A stretch of DNA of 64,000 bases from the human T2T-CHM13v2.0 reference genome, Homo sapiens: NCBI RefSeq assembly GCF_009914755.1, contig NC_060927.1; one strand, written 5' to 3'. The notes below the pieces were generated by a model, which was not told the DNA's origin, made no database searches, and saw only the letters and a program-made list of their open reading frames with translations. The translations under genes and the position numbers were made by a program. Positions within the stretch are counted from its first letter, which is position 1. The number at the start of each line of letters is the position of its first letter. This document shows, piece after piece, positions 27,801 through 41,448 of the stretch.

Positions 27801-29053
27801 ACCACAGATAGATAGATACTATACTACATGGACAAATAGTATTATCTTCACTTATCAGATAAAGAATTAGCATAGAGAGGTTAAATATGCTTTTGTTTAT
27901 TCAGTGAGAAATTGGTCAAACCAGATTTTTAAACAATCGCTGCCTGGCTCCAAAATCTCTGACTTTTACTTTGTATGTTATGGCCTGTCTTCTAACTCAC
28001 ATAAAACCTAGCCGCTGGGTGGCCTTATCTTGATCAACTGTTGCATTCAGAGAGACATTGATCCAACATTTAAACATGATTTTTTAAAGATTACATATAT
28101 ACTACTGTGCCTCAGGAAATTTCCAGGATGGAAGGAGGTTCTATTCATATTTCAAGTAAAGCTTTATATCCTCCTTTTTGCCTCTTTTGGTCTCAATGAT
28201 ACCTACACTTATAAGCTGTTTCCCACATCTCTCCTCTTTCCACACCTAAAACACAAATTCCCTAAGTCTCATCCACATAGACACTCATACCCCTTCATTT
28301 TCTCACTCTTAGTGTAACCTTCATTTATTTCTGCGAATAACCCTTTGTCTGTTCCAGTGTGAACTTAGCCGTCTTCTACAATTTCTCCAATTTTTGTCTC
28401 TCACCTTCCCCCAATTAGCAGAGGCAGAATAAGCCAGATAGTACTCTGCCTGACAATTTTCTATTAAAGAACAAAAATCCTAAATAATCATGGCTGAGAA
28501 GAATTCAGACATACATTAAATCTTATATACTCATGAATGAGGTGCATGAATGGGGTGTTACTGAGAGCCCAGTGACTTCGAAAGAGGGTTGCTTCTGTGC
28601 AAAGACAGATGCCACAATTCCAAGTGTCCTGGGATGGAAATCACATGGGATATCTGGCCAGTTACTAAGGTGAATTTATTGGAATGGGAAAAAAAAATAC
28701 AGCTTGCTATGTGTCGCTCTAGAAAAAGCAGGCCATTTCCTTAATGCAACAGCCCCAGCAGTAAATTTCAAGCTCCTTCCATTTCACCCGGAAGAAGAAA
28801 AACCGTTCCTCTGAAATGCCTCAAGAGAAAAGCATCAACTTGCCAAACTTATCACCACCTGGAGAAAAACCTCCCTATGCCATTATTCACTTTCCCACAA
28901 GCATTTATTGATAAGAAAAGGCAATGGGTCTATTTAAGGGACATAATAGCTTATGAGAAGATGATGGCACCAAATAATCAAGACACTGTAAGCAGAACTA
29001 ATGGAAGAAACAGGAGACGCTAATAAAAGCCTTATGAAGGAGACAAATTAGAA

Positions 29054-29092
29054 CACATACACACAGACACACACACACACACACACACACAC
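29054..29092. repeat. (CA)n microsatellite
   Basis: Interrupted CA run. Confidence 0.9.
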
Positions 29093-29282
29093 AAAGAGTA
29101 TTTGGACCAAAATAAAGAAGAATCCAAACTTAAAAATTAGAGAAATTGAAAATAAGTTGGCTACCAATAAAAATTATGTGTGTAATTTAAAGTATAAATT
29201 GCAAACTGCAAAGGAAATTCATAAATGGAATCTTAAGAAATATATAGATGAAAAATAGATTAAAAGTGATAATCAGGAAGAT

Positions 29283-32200
29283 ACTTCAAGATGGCTGCTG
29301 ACTAGAGGCATCTGATACTCGCTGTCCTCCTCCACAAAGAAAAACCACAAGAGTGAGTAGATAATCACACTTCAAATGGATCATCAAAGTGCCAGTGCCT
29401 TTAGCCCCTGGCGCAGCAGGGAAGGGGCCTGGAGCTGGGGAGTGAGGCTCCCCAAGAGAACACTTGAATTCAACAGAAAAGTAACAGAAAAGACCCAGCA
29501 CAAGGAGAAAGAGGAAACGGAGTCAGCCCGCTTGACAAGGATTGGCTGGGGAGACTGGAGAGACTTCCTAATGTGGGAAAAGGGAAGTGAGTGACCCCCA
29601 GGGGTCCATATTCCCACCACAGATTCCTACAATCCTAGCCACAGTAGAGTGTCCAGACCCTTGCAGGCCCTAAGACTAACATAGGGAGTGTCTGGAGATC
29701 ACAGGAGTGTCTGGAGATCACATAAAGGCATTGCTAGAGGGAGAGAACTCACACTGGGTCCCATACACCTGTAAGCTTTAAGCAGCTACAGCAAGGCTCA
29801 TATTGAGAGCCCAGTCCCCACTAGACTGTATCTTGCCTTGGAGCCTACCACAGTTGGTTCTGCTGCTGCTAGGGCTAAAGCATGAGCCATTGGCAATGAC
29901 CCCGCTGCCCCCAGCAGCAAAGACATCATGAATTTTCACATGCCCCAAGGGCAAAGTCCCTGACCCACAGCCACTACCACTGTGGGCTGCCACTGCTGGG
30001 GCCAAAGCAGAAGTGAAGTACAGGCTTCCCAAATGCCTGAATACAGTTACTGCCACTGAGAGCAACCCTGCTGTCCTCAGTAGCAGGGCTGCAGTGCTGC
30101 TGCCTCCCCTACTCAAGCATTCGGCCAGTGTGCTGGATATCACCTCACTCTTGCCTAACCACGGCCAGTGCCTACACACACCATCAGGGGACTTCAGAAC
30201 AGGTCTGCCCAACCTGTCTTTACCCCTCCAGTGTCCCGGTATGCTATCTAGGGACCTGGAAACCATCCAGCCCAGTCTACCACCAATGGCACCTGAGCAC
30301 TCCTTCAGGGGGCCAGAGGTCAGGCCCACCCAACCTGCTGCTTTCAGCAGAGCTGACACTCACCCATATATGTCAGCTCCTGTAGGCCTCAGGATTGGCC
30401 TGTCCAGCTCGTCACAGTCACCACCAACACCAGTACAAATCTCTCAAGAGCCAGAGGGTTAACCCACCACTCCCATTGCCACACTCACTACCCAGAAGCC
30501 TCAGAATTTGCCCACCAGCCCAAGCCACCAAAGCCATTACTGGCACCCAACCAAACCACCTGGAAGCCCAGAAATTGGCCTGTCTGGACCCACTAACACT
30601 AGTGCCAACGTATGGCTCACTGGCGTCCAAGGATAGGCTTGCTCAGCTTGCCAATGCCACCACTGAGGCCTGAGGACAGGCCCAACTAGCATCCCCATTT
30701 CCAGCAAAACTTCACCACTGCCTCCACTAACAACTGCACCCTAAGCCACTAAGGAAAGTACAGATATCATTGATACTATTTACAGCTGAAGAAATTATAC
30801 AGAGACTACACTACTGCAAACACCCAGAATCAAAAACCAAAGTGCCCTAACCAACCAACTCCATAGGCATATCTCCACAAAAAAGCCCCTCCCCCATTGC
30901 ACAACAAAAGGAAATTCAAAATATTGGAAGAAGCGGCTGTTAAATCCAATGCATGGATATCAACATAAGGACACAGGAAACATAAAAAAGCAAGGAAACA
31001 TGACACCTCCAAAGGAACATAATAATTCTCCAGCAACATATTCCAATCAAAAAGACATTTATGAAATCTCAGAAAAAGAATTCAAAATATAATATTAAAG
31101 AAGCTCAACAATTTAATAATAGAAGAGAATACAGAGAAACAATACAAAGAAATCAGAGAACATTTCAGGATATAAATGACAAATTTATGAGATACATATC
31201 ATGAAAAAGAACAAAACAGAAATTCCAAAATCACAACATTTATTAAATGAAATACAAAATGCATTCAAAACTTCAACAACAGATTAAATCAAGCAGATGA
31301 AAGAATTTCAAAACTTGAACTTTAGCGTTTTAAAATAACCCAGTCAGGCAAAAATAAAAAGAAAATAATTTTTTAAAATGAACACAATGTTTGTGACATA
31401 TGGGACACCACCAAGTGACCAAATTTTTTAATTTTCAGGGTCCCAGAAGCCAAAGAGAAAATTAAAAAGACAGAAAAACCATTTAACAAAATAATAGATA
31501 AAAACTTTCCAAGTCTAGCAAGAGATTTAGACGTCCAGATACAACAGGAGGCTTACGTATACCCAAACAGATACATTTCAAAAAGATCTTCTTTAAGGCA
31601 TATTATAGTCAAACTGTCCAAGGTCAAAGACAAAGAATTCTGAAGGCAGAAAGAAACAGGCTCTAAGTCAAAAATAGCAAAAAGAGACTAGGAAGGCCAT
31701 TATATAATGATAAAGAGATCAAATTATCAAGAAAATATAAGAATTCTAAATATACATGCACTCAACGTTAGAGTACCCAGATATATATAAAGCAAATATT
31801 ATTTGAACTAAAGGGAGAGATGGATTCCAATACAATAATAGTTGGGTACTTCCACACTCACTTTCAGCATTTGGCAGATCATCTAGACAGAAACTTTAAT
31901 AAAGAAATACTGGATTTAAACGGCACCATAGGCCAAATGGACATAACAGACAGATATATACAGAACATTTCATCCAACAGTTAAAGAAGACAGATTCTTC
32001 TCATTAGCACTCAACATGTAATCTATCCTGGAAATTTCTCCAGGATAGATTATATGATAGGACATAAAATAAATCTCAACACATTTTTAAAAATTAGATC
32101 ATATTAAGCATCTTCTCAGTCCACAATGGAATAAAACTAGAAATCAATAGAAAGAGGAACTGTACAAGTATACAGAAATTAAACAACATGCTCCTGAATG

Positions 32201-32590
32201 GCAATTGGGTCAAGAAAAAAAAAAAACCTAAAGAGTAAATCAAAATACTTCTTGAAATAAATGAATATTGAAACACAACATGCCCAAACTGATGGGATAC
32301 AGAAACAGCAGTGCTAACAGGGAAGTTTATAACAATAAACACTTATATCAAAAAATCAGAACGATTTCAAATAAACAACCTAATGATGCACCTCAAAGAA
32401 CTAGAGAAACAAGAAGGAATCTGAACCACAATTAGTAGAAGGAAAGAAATAATAAAGTTCATGCAGAAATAAAAAAATAGAAACTAAAAGGCTACTAAGA
32501 ATTAATGAAATGAAAAGCTGTTTTTCAAAAGGTAAGCGAAACCAAGAAACCACTAGCTTTACTGACCAAGAAAAAATAAGGGAAGATACA
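29283..32590 (+). mobile_element. Old L1M(A)-type element: GC-rich 5'UTR, decayed ORF1, ORF2 endonuclease region
   Basis: cttcaagatggctg..actagaggcatctg start; ORF1-like gaaacatgacacctccaaaggaac; EN-like aaggccattatataatgataaag, gaataaaactagaaatcaat. Confidence 0.8.
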
Positions 32591-33083
32591 GTATAATCTA
32601 TTATCTGTACAGATATTTGCTGGCATACTTAAAATAGTTACTTTGTTTAAAAGTTGTTAATTTTGATAGCATAATATTATGTGACAGTGTATTTCACTCT
32701 CTTTTATTTTTATAAATTTCTTATATTTCTTACACATAATTTTATTTAAAAGTCATCTTAAAAATAATGATAGTATACAAAATTTCATTAAACTGAGGAG
32801 TGGACATTAAAAGACCTTATATATAATTGTCAACTTTATCTTCTAGAAGCAAGTTATGAACTGTTTTTGGATAAATCTTATTTTTTAGGAAAAGATTATA
32901 CCATATTTACACAAAAACATTTTAGAATAAACCTGTATTATTAATATATTATTTTTTTCTATTATTACTCAATCTATCAATTTTCTTGTGCCCCAGAGGG
33001 TGTTACTCACTTATTTCCTGTGATTTCAAAATGTAGAGCCAGAAGTGGTAGAAAAAACAGCTTCTTAAAAATATCCCACTGTA

Positions 33084-33301
33084 GAATTGAACAATGAGAA
33101 CACTTGGACACAGGGTGGGGAATATCACACACTGGGACCTCTCTTGGGGTGGGGGGAGGGGGGAGGGATAACATTAGGAGAAATACCTAATGTAAATGAC
33201 GAGTTAATGGGTGCAGCACACCAACATGGCACATGTGTACATATGTAACAAACCTGCACATTGTGCACATGTACCCTAGAACTTAAAGTATAATAAAAAA
33301 A
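33084..33301 (+). mobile_element. L1PA (about PA4-PA6) 3'UTR fragment
   Basis: ggagaaatacctaatgtaaatgacgagttaatgggtgcagcacaccaacatggc; TSD atcccactgta at 33073-33083 and 33302-33312. Confidence 0.93.
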
Positions 33302-33519
33302 ATCCCACTGTAATCAGCATAATTGCTAGACAGTCACATTTTAGGGATGACTGAAAGAAATTCAATGTCTGAAAGCATTATCTATAAAAATCCATATATA
33401 TCTTTTGATTCTTTAGCTGCTGTAGATCAAAGTTCACTTCAATGGTCAAGAGAAAAAAAGGATCATGGAAGCAATAAGAGAAGAGAAACAAGTCAGCAAA
33501 TAACATATAAAAAAGCTCT

Positions 33520-34315
33520 GACATTTATGCGGCCAACAAACATATGAAAAAGAGCTCATCATCACTGGTCACTAGAAAAATACAAATCAAAACCACAATG
33601 AGATACCATCTCATGCCAGTTAGAATGGCGATCATTTAAAAGTCAGGAAACAACAGACGCTGGAGAGGATGTGGAGAAATAGGAATGCTTTTGCACTGTT
33701 GGTGGGAGTGTAAATTAGTTCAACCATTGTGGAAGACAGTGTGGTAATTCCTCAAGGATCTAGAACCAGAAATACCATTTGACACAACGATTCCATTACT
33801 GGATATATACCAAAAGGATTATGAATCATTCTACTATAAAGACACATGCACACATATGTTTATTGCAGCACTGTTCACAATAGCAAATACTTGGAAACAA
33901 CCCAAATGCCCATCAATGATAGACGGGATAAACAAAATGTGGCACATATATAGCATAGAATACAATGCAGCCATAAAAAGGATGAATTCATGTCCTTTGC
34001 AGGGACATGGATGAAGCTGGAAACCATCATGCTCAGCAAACTAACACAGGAACAGAAAACCAAACACTGTATGTTCTCACTCATCAGTGGGAGTTGAATA
34101 ATGAGAACACATGGACACAGAGAGGGGAATATCACACACTGGGGCCTTTCGAGGGGTGGGGGCAAGAGGAGGAATAGCTTTAGGAGAAATACCTAATGTA
34201 GGTGACCGGTTGATGGGTGCAGCAAACCACCATAGCACATGTATACCTATGTAACAAACCTGCACATTCTGTACATGTATCCCTGAAATTAAAGTATAAT
34301 AACAAAAAGAAAAAC
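33520..34315 (+). mobile_element. L1PA7/8-like 3' fragment
   Basis: gacatttatgcggccaacaaacatatg...ggatctagaaccagaaatacc...gcagcaaaccaccatagcac; A tail. Confidence 0.9.
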
Positions 34316-35385
34316 ACTGTGATGAAATAAATTGAAAAATGAAAATGACACAAACAAATGAAAAGGAATCACATGTTCATGAATTGAAAATATTAATATT
34401 AAAATGACCATGCTGTACAAAGCAATCTACAGATTTAATGCTATCCCTATTACAATATCAATGTCATTTTTCACAGAAAAACAAATAACAATTATAAAAT
34501 TCATTTGGGTGAAAGAAAGGGCCCAAATACCCAAAGCAGTCCTGAGTGAAAAACAACAAAGCTGGAGGGATCACACTTCCTGACTTCAAAATATATTACA
34601 AGGCTATAGTAACCAAAACAGCATGGTATTGGTATAAAAACAGACACATAGACCAATGGAGAACAGAATAGAGAACCAGAAACACATCCATGCATTTACA
34701 ACCAACTGTTTTTCAACAAAGTCACCAAGAAAATACAGTGAGGAAAAGACCTCTTCTTCAACAATTGGTACTGAAAAAACTGGATATCCATATGCAGAAG
34801 AATAAAATTAGACATCAATCTCCCATCATATGCAAAAAAAATTCAAGATGGATTACAGGCTTAAATTTAAGAGCTGAAACTATAAAACTACTGGCAGAAA
34901 ACATAGAGAAAATTCTTCAGAACATTGGTGTAGGCAAAGATTTTATGGCTAAGAATTCAAAAATGCAGGCAACAAAAAGAAAAATAGACAGATGGGGCTA
35001 TACTAAAATAAACAGCTTCCACACAGCAAAGGAAACAATCAACAGAGTAAGGAGACAACCTGTTGAATGAGAAAATATCTATAAACTATTCACCCACAAG
35101 GGACTAATATCCAGAATGTATGATGAATTCAAACAACTCAACAGTAAAAAACAAATAATCTCATTAAAACGTACACAAAGGACGTGAATATCAAAATAAG
35201 ATGTACAAATGATTAACAGGTACATGAGAAAATGCTTAACATCACTAATCATCAAATAAATGCAAATCAAAACCACAATAAGACATCATCTCACACCAGT
35301 TAGAATGGTTATTATTAAAAAGACAAAAAAAATCAGATTCTGGTGAGGATATAGAGAAAAGGGAACTCTTATACACTGTTGGTGT
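34316..35385 (+). mobile_element. Old L1M ORF2 3' portion (probably the same element as 29283-32590)
   Basis: aaagctggagggatcacacttcctgacttcaaa, acagcatggtattggtataaaaacagacacatagaccaatgg; ORF SFHTAKETINRVRRQP. Confidence 0.85.
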
Positions 35386-35389
35386 TTTA

Positions 35390-35945
35390 GAGACCTAGTT
35401 AATGTTAACAATGAAAAAATGTTCATATCATTGGCATCCCAGAAGGAGAGGGAAGAGAAAAGGAGACAAAAAGAGTATTTGAGGAAATAATGCCTAAAAA
35501 TTTTCCAAATTATATATGTTAAAGACAAAGACCTACAGATCCAAGAGGCTGAGCAAAGCCTCTCCCACCACCAAAAATTAAATAAATAAATAAATAAACT
35601 CAATGAAATCTACACCAAAACACATAAACTTTTGAAAACTAAAGGCAAAGAAAAAATCTTGGAAGCAACCAGGCAGAAGTAACATATTACCCATAGAGGA
35701 GTCACAATTCAAATAACAGTAGATTTATCACTGGAAATCATGAAAGCCATAGGATGTAGCACTATATTTTTCAACTGATTAAAAAAAAAATCTGTCAACT
35801 GAGAATTCTGTATCTAAAAAAACTATTACTTATGAATAAAGGGGAAATAAAAACATTCTGAAATAAAAAAACTAAAATAACTTGACACTAGCAAACATAT
35901 TCTTAATTATTAGCTAAAGGAAATTCTTCCAGCTGAAGTGAAATG
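35390..35945 (+). mobile_element. L1MC/MD-type ORF1 remnant
   Basis: cccagaaggagagg...tatttgaggaaataatg..aaaattttccaaat...cctacagatccaagag...gagaattctgtatc. Confidence 0.65.
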
Positions 35946-36040
35946 AAAGAATGAAAGATGGAAAGAAAGATAGCGAGGGAGGGAAGGAGGGAGGAAGAAA
36001 AGAAAGAGGAAAGAAGAAAAGAAAGAAGGAAAGAAGAGAA
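35946..36040. repeat. GA-rich low-complexity polypurine tract
   Basis: gaaagaatgaaagatggaaagaaag...gaaagaaggaaagaagaga. Confidence 0.8.
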
Positions 36041-36042
36041 CC

Positions 36043-36625
36043 TCGGGGTTTTGTTTTCAATCAGAATAATTCCCTGGAGAGTCATCAAGTTGTTTGTATA
36101 AATTATCTCTTCTTTTTTATTGATAAGTGGTATTTCATGGTATACTTTTACTAAATTTTGTTTAAGCATTCACCTGCAGAAAGGAAAGATAGATTAGTGA
36201 CTACTAGGAGTTAGGGTTGAAGAGAGGGTGAGAGGTGATGCAAGAGGAAGGAGGGTGTAGTTATGAAAAGATAACAGGAGGAATACGTGTGGTGTTGGAA
36301 ACTTGTGTTGCAGTATCTTGACTGAGGTGTTGGATGCACAAACCAATGCATGTGATTTAATTGTATAGAACTCAATATATACATGCAGACACAAGTACAT
36401 ACATGCACACAGAGATTAGCAGGAGTAAAACTAGTAAAGCTAATAGAAATTGGGTGGATTATATCAATGCCAATCTTCTGGTTTTAACAATGTTTTACTA
36501 TAGTTTTTCAAAATGTTACCATTGGGAAAAATTAGACAAAGAGTGCATTGGATCTTTCTGTATTGGTTCTTACAGCTACATAAACATCTATAATTATTTC
36601 AGTGCAAATCTCAATAAAACAAAAG
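36043..36625 (+). mobile_element. L1MD-like 3' end with inverted 5' segment (36043-36177 antisense)
   Basis: agattagtg..taggagttaggg..atcttgactg..aaatgttaccattggg..ctataattattt 3'UTR, preceded by antisense ataattccctggaga..aagcattcacctg. Confidence 0.7.
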
Positions 36626-38054
36626 GTAGACTACTGTGTTAGTAAGCCTCCAAGACAGCTCTCCCTGATCCTGGGATTCCCACTTATCCCCAGTACTCAG
36701 CCTTTGTATAGCTCATAAAAGACATTGTAGTTTCTACCTTACTTTTCCATGGATTATTCACTTTGGGAAAGCCATCCATCTGGCATCAAATATCTCATCT
36801 TCACCAATGGAAAATGCAAGAGATAACTACAAGATTTATTGACTAATGAGAAAAAAAAGTGCTATCATAGAAGATTCTTATACCTCCCCAAGATATCTTT
36901 CATTTTCAGACATCAAAAAGATACAAAAATTATTCAGCTACTCTCTCCATGCATTATGACTGAAGCAATTACCTGAGAAAGGAGGCTGATTCACCAAGAA
37001 AATTGTGTACAAACTCTCTAGATAAAAACAGTGCCTGTAATAGATCATTGTGCACAATTAATTTGGTAATACTCACAGTGAATTCTGAATACATGCTTTT
37101 AATGTAATTAAAAATTATAGGTAAGTGAGAATTCATGTCATAAAACAGACATCCTGTGAAGAAAAAAATATATATTAACAAGGAAGCAAAATACAGAACT
37201 ATTTTAGCAAACCCAAGGGTTGGAAGAGAAGTGAAGGATTCATTGGGAGAGTATAACTATCCTAAAGGTCTAGTTCCTGTGGAGATAATGGATAGATTTG
37301 GCCAAGTAAATACAGTGGGTGGAGATCATAACGTCATTTAATTTTAGTAAATGATGTAGATGTAACTGTTACGGGTAAGATTTTAAAGATAAAAAAGCAA
37401 TCACTAGTAAAAAGTAGATGCCAGATTATACTTCCAAATTAGGAGGCAGACAAAAAGAATATTTGAAAAGGAATATGATAAAACTGGCTTATAGAGATTA
37501 AGGTTCTTGCTTTAGATTACACAGAGATGCAGAAATGTCTACACTAGGTCCATCTGGCTCCAAAGTCCATGTATTTCTACTCTATTATGTGGCCTCTATT
37601 TATGATTCTAACAGGTTTATACTGAAGACTTTCCAGGTTAACAAGTATCTGTCCCATGTTTTCATCATTTCCAAGATCAGTGAACAAAGCAAATGTTAAC
37701 AACTTACCCTAGTAGCTTAATTTGGTACTGCAAAATATCTGGAGTAAGTAGCAACAGGAAAAAAAAAAGAGAATAGTCATTCATAAAAGGAAAAATGAGT
37801 TAGATATGAGTAAAGGACATCTGACTCATTCAGTGACCACCCAGGAGATCAAGAAGGAAGAGACTCAGAATTGGTGGTGTCTAGGAACTCCAAAGATAAT
37901 ATTTGCAATATATTTTTTTCTCATCATCCTTATTTATGTTACTAATAAAATAACAATACATAGCAGTTTTAAAGAAATCATCTATTTCTTAGAATATCAT
38001 GTTCAAATGATCTTACAACACTGGCTTGTAAAGAGCCCTAACAAAAATGAATTT

Positions 38055-38815
38055 GGATGGCCAATAAACTTATTTTAAAAATGCTCAACATCACTAATCA
38101 TTAGGAAAATGCAAATTAAGATCACAATAAAATACAACTTCACTTCTGCAAGAATGGCCTTATTAAAAAGTCAAAAAACAGTAGATGTTGACATGGGCAT
38201 GGTGAAAAGGGAACACTTATACCCTGCTGATGGTTATGTAAATCAGTATAATCTCTAAGGAAAACAGTCTGGAGGCTGCTTAAAGAAATAAAAGTAGACC
38301 TACTGTTTAATCTAGCAATCCCACCACTGGTTATCTACCAAAAGGAAAATAAGTCATTATATCAAAAAGACACCTGCATGGTTATGTTTATTGCAGCACA
38401 ATTTACAATTGCAAAGATATGAAACCAACCTAAGTGCCCATCAACCAATGAGTAAATAAATAAAATATGGTATATATACACACCACAGAATATTACTCAG
38501 CCATAAAAAAGAATGAAATTATGTGTTTTGCAGCAACTTGGATGGAGCTGGAGGCCATTATTCCAAGTGAAGTAACTCAGAAGTGGAAAACCAAATTAAG
38601 CTATGGGTATGCAAAGGCATACAGAGTGATATAATAAAATATGGAGACTCACAGCAGAGAGGGTGGGAGAGGGACAAGGTATAAAAACTTATGTATCTGG
38701 TGCAATATACACTATTTGAGTGATAGGCACACTAAAATCTCAGACCTTACCACTATACAATTCATCCATGTAACCAAAACCACTTGTACCCAAAAGATAT
38801 TGAAATTTAAAAAAA
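38055..38815 (+). mobile_element. L1PB (PB3/PB4-like) 3' fragment
   Basis: aaatgctcaacatcactaatc...gcaaaggcatacagagtg...caccactatacaattcatccatgtaaccaaaaccacttgtaccc. Confidence 0.88.
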
Positions 38816-39229
38816 CTTTGCACCTGGAAAAAGAAATTATTTTGGAGATCTCAGAGCATGTAGTGAGAGTGAGTTTGATTTTTAGAGAAATTTGAAAGAA
38901 AATTCTCTTTTCTAATTAAAATTTCATTTTTTGAAAAATTGTATCCTTCCTTCAGAAGAAGGGTGCCTCTTTCAGGATGTTTCTAAATGTTCTGTGGCAA
39001 AAGTATTCCTTTTCTTTCAGACAATGCAGTATTGGCCTTCCCCCTAATGGTGCCAAGTGCTGTGAATGAAGTTTCATGGAAAAGACAGGACTTGAACAAG
39101 GAGAATTTTATCCAGGCAGAAGCACATTGCTTAATGTTACAACTGAAGCTAACAGCAACCGTGGCCCTGAATTGTTTCTGTCCTGCAAGGAGTGTGGATA
39201 TTATCTTGAAGTTTCTGGCAAAAAAAAAA

Positions 39230-39728
39230 GTCTCATGCTGAGGTTTGGAACTTTTCATTCTGAAGTAGTCAGAAAACTTTTTAAAATGACAAGTTCTGAG
39301 CACAAACATCAAAATATTGAATAAGTTAGGGGCACTGGATAACAGAGAAAGATGAAAGATCTAATTCAAATGACTGGGCCAAATAATGACTAAGGAGAAA
39401 AAATAACCATCTGTAAATATTTTAGGAAAATAGGGAGCAAGAAGGGGAGAGGAATTTCTGAGTTATCCAAAGGGGTATAACTAAGAGAAACAGGATTAAA
39501 TTGAGCAAAGAAAATGTAGGCAGAGAATGAGGGGGAAAATGACCACGTAATGAGATCTGTCAGTCTGTGAAATAGTCATTCAAAGGAGGTGGTGGAAACC
39601 CCATCACTTGAAATCATTTTCAGCTAAGCTGGAAAAATTGCTCTATTAAGAGTATTATCCAACCATGGAAGAAGAGAGGCTTGAGGACGAGCAATGTGTC
39701 TTTTCCATCTTTAACTTCTATATTTTCG
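39230..39728 (+). mobile_element. CR1/L3-like ancient LINE 3' end
   Basis: ggaggtggtggaaaccccatcacttgaa..aagctggaaaaa and terminal cttttccatctttaacttctat. Confidence 0.55.
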
Positions 39729-40579
39729 GAAGAGGAAAAAAATGAAGATAAGGAAGAAACCTAGTAGAATAACTTGGAGAAAAACAAAAATAATCTAGAA
39801 ACCACAGAATAACAATGGTAAGTGAAACAAACAAATGGTAAGAGAAAACCCACTAAAACACACCACTTTCAATAAATATGTAAAAACTTAAAACATGGCT
39901 AAAGAAGGAATGACTTCAAAGGGAGTTAGGAATTTATTTAAGGGTTTCTGTTTTTCTATTCATAATAAAATATCAAAATCTCAACATTCCTCTTAAGTAA
40001 CTGAAGGACTGTCATTGATTATTTCAGTTAGGCTAACATGGTTGTGCTTCTTTAGTACCCCAGCAAATGTGCATGCTTCAGAGCAATCTGGATGATCTGA
40101 TCCTCTATAGTGGCCAGACCCCAGAAATACTGGTTAGGCAAAGAGATAGAATGATCCCAATTAAATAATATATAATTAAATTATTAAATATCATATAAAC
40201 TATATAAAAATATTGAGCATCGACCACAGGCAAAGCACAATTTCAGATAATGTAAGGGTTACAAAGGTTTATAAAACTTTGTCATTTTACCCCTTGGGAT
40301 GAGAGTCTATTGGAAAAGACAGTCTGATGGGAAACGTAACATGTCTTTGGGCAACTAAGCACCAAGGCTCCTTCTTGGACAGAAATGTTCTTCTTACTCC
40401 CACTCAAAGTCTCAGGGACTCATCCTGCTTTTCTCTTCTCTGCGTGGCTGCTTCTTCCCACTCTTTCTCCTTTCCGCAAACCTCAGCTTTACCATTTCTT
40501 ACTACCGTGAAGAAGAGAAATGAGGGCTTTTCCCTTTTTCGCATTTAATCAGTATTGGAATAGCAATGGAAACTCTTAA

Positions 40580-40790
40580 CAATATCACATTTATTTTTTG
40601 CTTATTCTATGCCCAGATACTATAATGGGTCCTTAAAACGCAATGTTTATTTTAATCCATGTCAGCATCCTATGTTTTGAGTAGTAGAATTACCCATATT
40701 TTATAGATTTTCAAATTGAGGCTTAGAGATGTTTATAACTTGTCCAAATTCAAACAGGAAGGAAGCAATGGAGCTGTGATATGAGCACAT
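40580..40790 (-). mobile_element. MIR
   Basis: tttaatcc...attttataga...aaattgaggcttagaga..ataacttgtccaa. Confidence 0.7.
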
Positions 40791-41303
40791 GTTGCCATCG
40801 ACTGAGTTGTGTCCCTCCCGATTCATATGTTGATAACCTAACCCTCAATGTGATTGTATTTAGAGATAGGGCTAATTAATTTTGTATGATTTCACCACAA
40901 AAAAAAGAGAGATCTTGATTTATATTTTGTTTCTTCCTATTATTGGCATGTAGTTGCAAGCATAACCATATTTCATTTAATAACCTAATTATTGGTTTAA
41001 TAAGTATATTTTTATAATTTTTAATTTTATTTCTCAATGTAAAATTCAATAAACCCTTTGTTCACTGCTACTGAAGTTAATTTAAGTAGTCTTTCTGCAG
41101 AACAAGTGATAAAGCTTATGACTTAAATAACAAAAGTTCTTTCACCCACAGCTCTCTATGTACTTTTTAGAAATAAAATGGAAGCTTCTTTGGTGTGTTT
41201 TATTCTACTTTTGTATCTAAGCAACACAGTTAACAATCAGTCGCCATCTCTCCTTTTCTGATATCTGCTACTACAACAGTGATAACAGACAACAAAGTCC
41301 ATA

Positions 41304-41448
41304 CAGTCCCTGACTTAGGATAGTTTGGCTTACAATTTTTCAACTTTACAATGTGTTTATTGGGATATTAAATACATTTCTGACAGGGTATATTTTACTT
41401 ATGATGGGTTTATTGGATATAACCCTATTGTAAACCAAGGAACATCTG
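41304..41448 (-). mobile_element. MER47/Tigger5-type MITE
   Basis: cagtccctgactta...acttatgatgggtttattggatataaccctattgtaa..aggaacatctg with TA flanks. Confidence 0.75.

Noticed and set aside
29778-30673. 149-193 aa ORFs in a GC-richer stretch as exons or a CpG island
   Set aside because: They lie in an L1 5'UTR that is CpG-depleted; long ORFs on both strands reflect stop-poor composition.
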